From Octopus sinensis (Eukaryota), in contig NC_043009.1 of the NCBI RefSeq assembly GCF_006345805.1, forward strand, positions 56,792,001 to 56,856,000: a stretch of 64,000 bases of DNA. Reading direction: 5' to 3'. Shown here piece after piece: positions 62,454-64,000 of this stretch (position 1 is its first letter; the number at the start of each line of letters is the position of its first letter). Under the pieces are notes generated by a model. That model had not been told where the DNA came from. It did no database searches and was given only the letters and a program-made list of their open reading frames with translations. Made by a program: the position numbers and the translations under genes.

Positions 62454-62540
62454 GACACTGATGAAGCAGAATGCATGATTATATAATGTCTTTACTTATT
62501 ATGTAATTATTTCGACGTTTTACTGAAACGTGTGTATGTC
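62454..62540 (+). ncRNA. Type I hammerhead ribozyme motif
   Basis: GACA CTGATGA (8/9-bp stem II plus inner 13-bp helix) GAAAC GTGT GTA TGTC. Confidence 0.72.
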
Positions 62541-62869
62541 CTATAATGATTTGAATACTACACGTGTTTTTGTTTACTATTTCTTTCTGCTCAGCAGTAT
62601 TTCTTCCGACTTTTTATGTTCTGAGTTCAAACTCCGCCGAATTCGATTTTATGTTTCATCTTTTCGTAGTCGATAAAATAAATTACAAGTAAAGATCTGG
62701 GGTCGATATAATCGACTTACTTCTCCTCGAAATCTGTGCCAAAATTTGAATCTACTATTATTATTACTATTGTTGTAGTTGTTGTTGTAGCTGCTGCTGC
62801 TCTTGTTGTAGTTGTTGCGGTTATGTTGTTGTCGTCTTCTTTTTCTTCTTCTTCTTCTTCTTCTTCTTC

Positions 62870-62910
<41 letters not shown>

Positions 62911-64000
62911 GTCATTTACTTTTAATCTGCATGTTTGATGCAATCACCTGCCGGGGCACACCCAGCGCCCTAGGGCAAGTGAAGGTTAAGAGTTGTTGAA
63001 ATATAGCTGAAAGCTTGGGGGGGGAAGTAGAGATATATCTCCATGTAATGCAAACACAGACATTTACATTGATAGGGTTTTTCTAAGGATGTGGGCAGTA
63101 CTTGTTAGCACAATCTTTTGGATTTCCTTGAGACATGGTTTTCCAGGGATATTGTCTAGGTGTTTCTGACATCCCTTTTTATCATACCTAGGGCACCTAC
63201 AATAACAGGAACAGTTTTTTGTTTTAAGATTCCACATCCTCTGTATTTCGATTTCCAGGTCCTTATATTTACTAAGTTTGTCAAATTCCTTGACAGATAC
63301 ATTTTTATCAGTGGGGACGCTTACTTCTATTAGTCTGCAGGTATTTTCTTCCCTGTCTTTAACAATTATGTCTGGTCGATTAGCCTTGATCGTTCTGTCA
63401 GTGTTGACTGGAAAATCCCAGAGGATGGTGACATCTTTACCTTCAACAACTGGTGAGGATGGTGTTCATACCAGTTAGCAGGAGTGTCGGATTTGTAGTG
63501 TTTACATATCTTCCAATGTATATACTGTCCTACCCTATCGTGGCGATTTTTGTATTCGTTTGGTGTCAGCACAGGACATCCGAAACGAGATGGTCTATCG
63601 TTCGTCAAATGTGTCGCAGAATCTGCATTTAGGGTCAGTACCGTTTCGGAGAACGTTAGCCTGGTAATTTCTGGTAAACAAGCTTTGATCTTGTGCTGCC
63701 ATTATGAAACCTTCAGTCTCTGCTTTCAATCCAGAGCTCTTCAGCCACTGATGGGTTGTTGCTTGGTCTACATCAGCATTTTGGCTTCGGAGAATATATT
63801 GTCCATGCAGGGGCTTCTGGCTCCACCGCCTCTCAATTTGATTCTGCCCGTTCTTTTTTGCAGTCTGCTTGATTCGCTTTGCTTGCTTGGTAGCAGTGGT
63901 TTCCGGCTCTTCATCTGATTCAAGGTTAATGTCTAGTTCCCTTTCGAACTTATAAGCTTCCTTGACAATAGAATGCAGCTTTTTGTTGCTTTCGTGTTCG
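62911..64000 (-). mobile_element. R4/Dong-like RLE non-LTR retrotransposon 3' part (continues beyond window) with (TAA)n tail
   Basis: WSQKPLHGQY, GLKAETEGFIMAAQDQ, CRFC..DHLV..C, RHDRV, ILWDFP, NRPDI..IEVSVP, KYKDL and VPVIVGALG; stop at 63064-63066; three 1-bp frameshifts; (AAT)n at 62871-62910. Confidence 0.92.

Overview
AT-rich, microsatellite-saturated eukaryotic DNA. The SINE and microsatellite style suggests an octopod cephalopod (inference, not verified). No complete protein-coding gene is visible; most listed ORFs are (TA)n, (CA)n, (TAA)n or (CAT)n artefacts. The window holds many transposon remnants: a full-length decayed mariner, an internally deleted Tc1/mariner, MITEs, small Helitrons, CR1, RTE and R4/Dong-like LINE fragments, Penelope-like element (PLE) fragments and at least four tRNA-type SINE families. 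The main hidden signal is RNA structure. About 20 type I hammerhead ribozyme (HHR) motifs of several sequence families occur, nearly all with a self-complementary stem III. They include a ~404-nt tandem repeat with one intact HHR per unit (retrozyme-like), a perfect 132-bp palindrome encoding an HHR on each strand, an inverted HHR pair with compensatory base changes, and a family with a non-canonical CUGUUGA core. There is also one plausible host exon (26398-26506) and a sharply bounded CpG-depleted block (about 16.3-21.6 kb). Structures were folded by eye, no activity is demonstrated, and many repeat boundaries are approximate.
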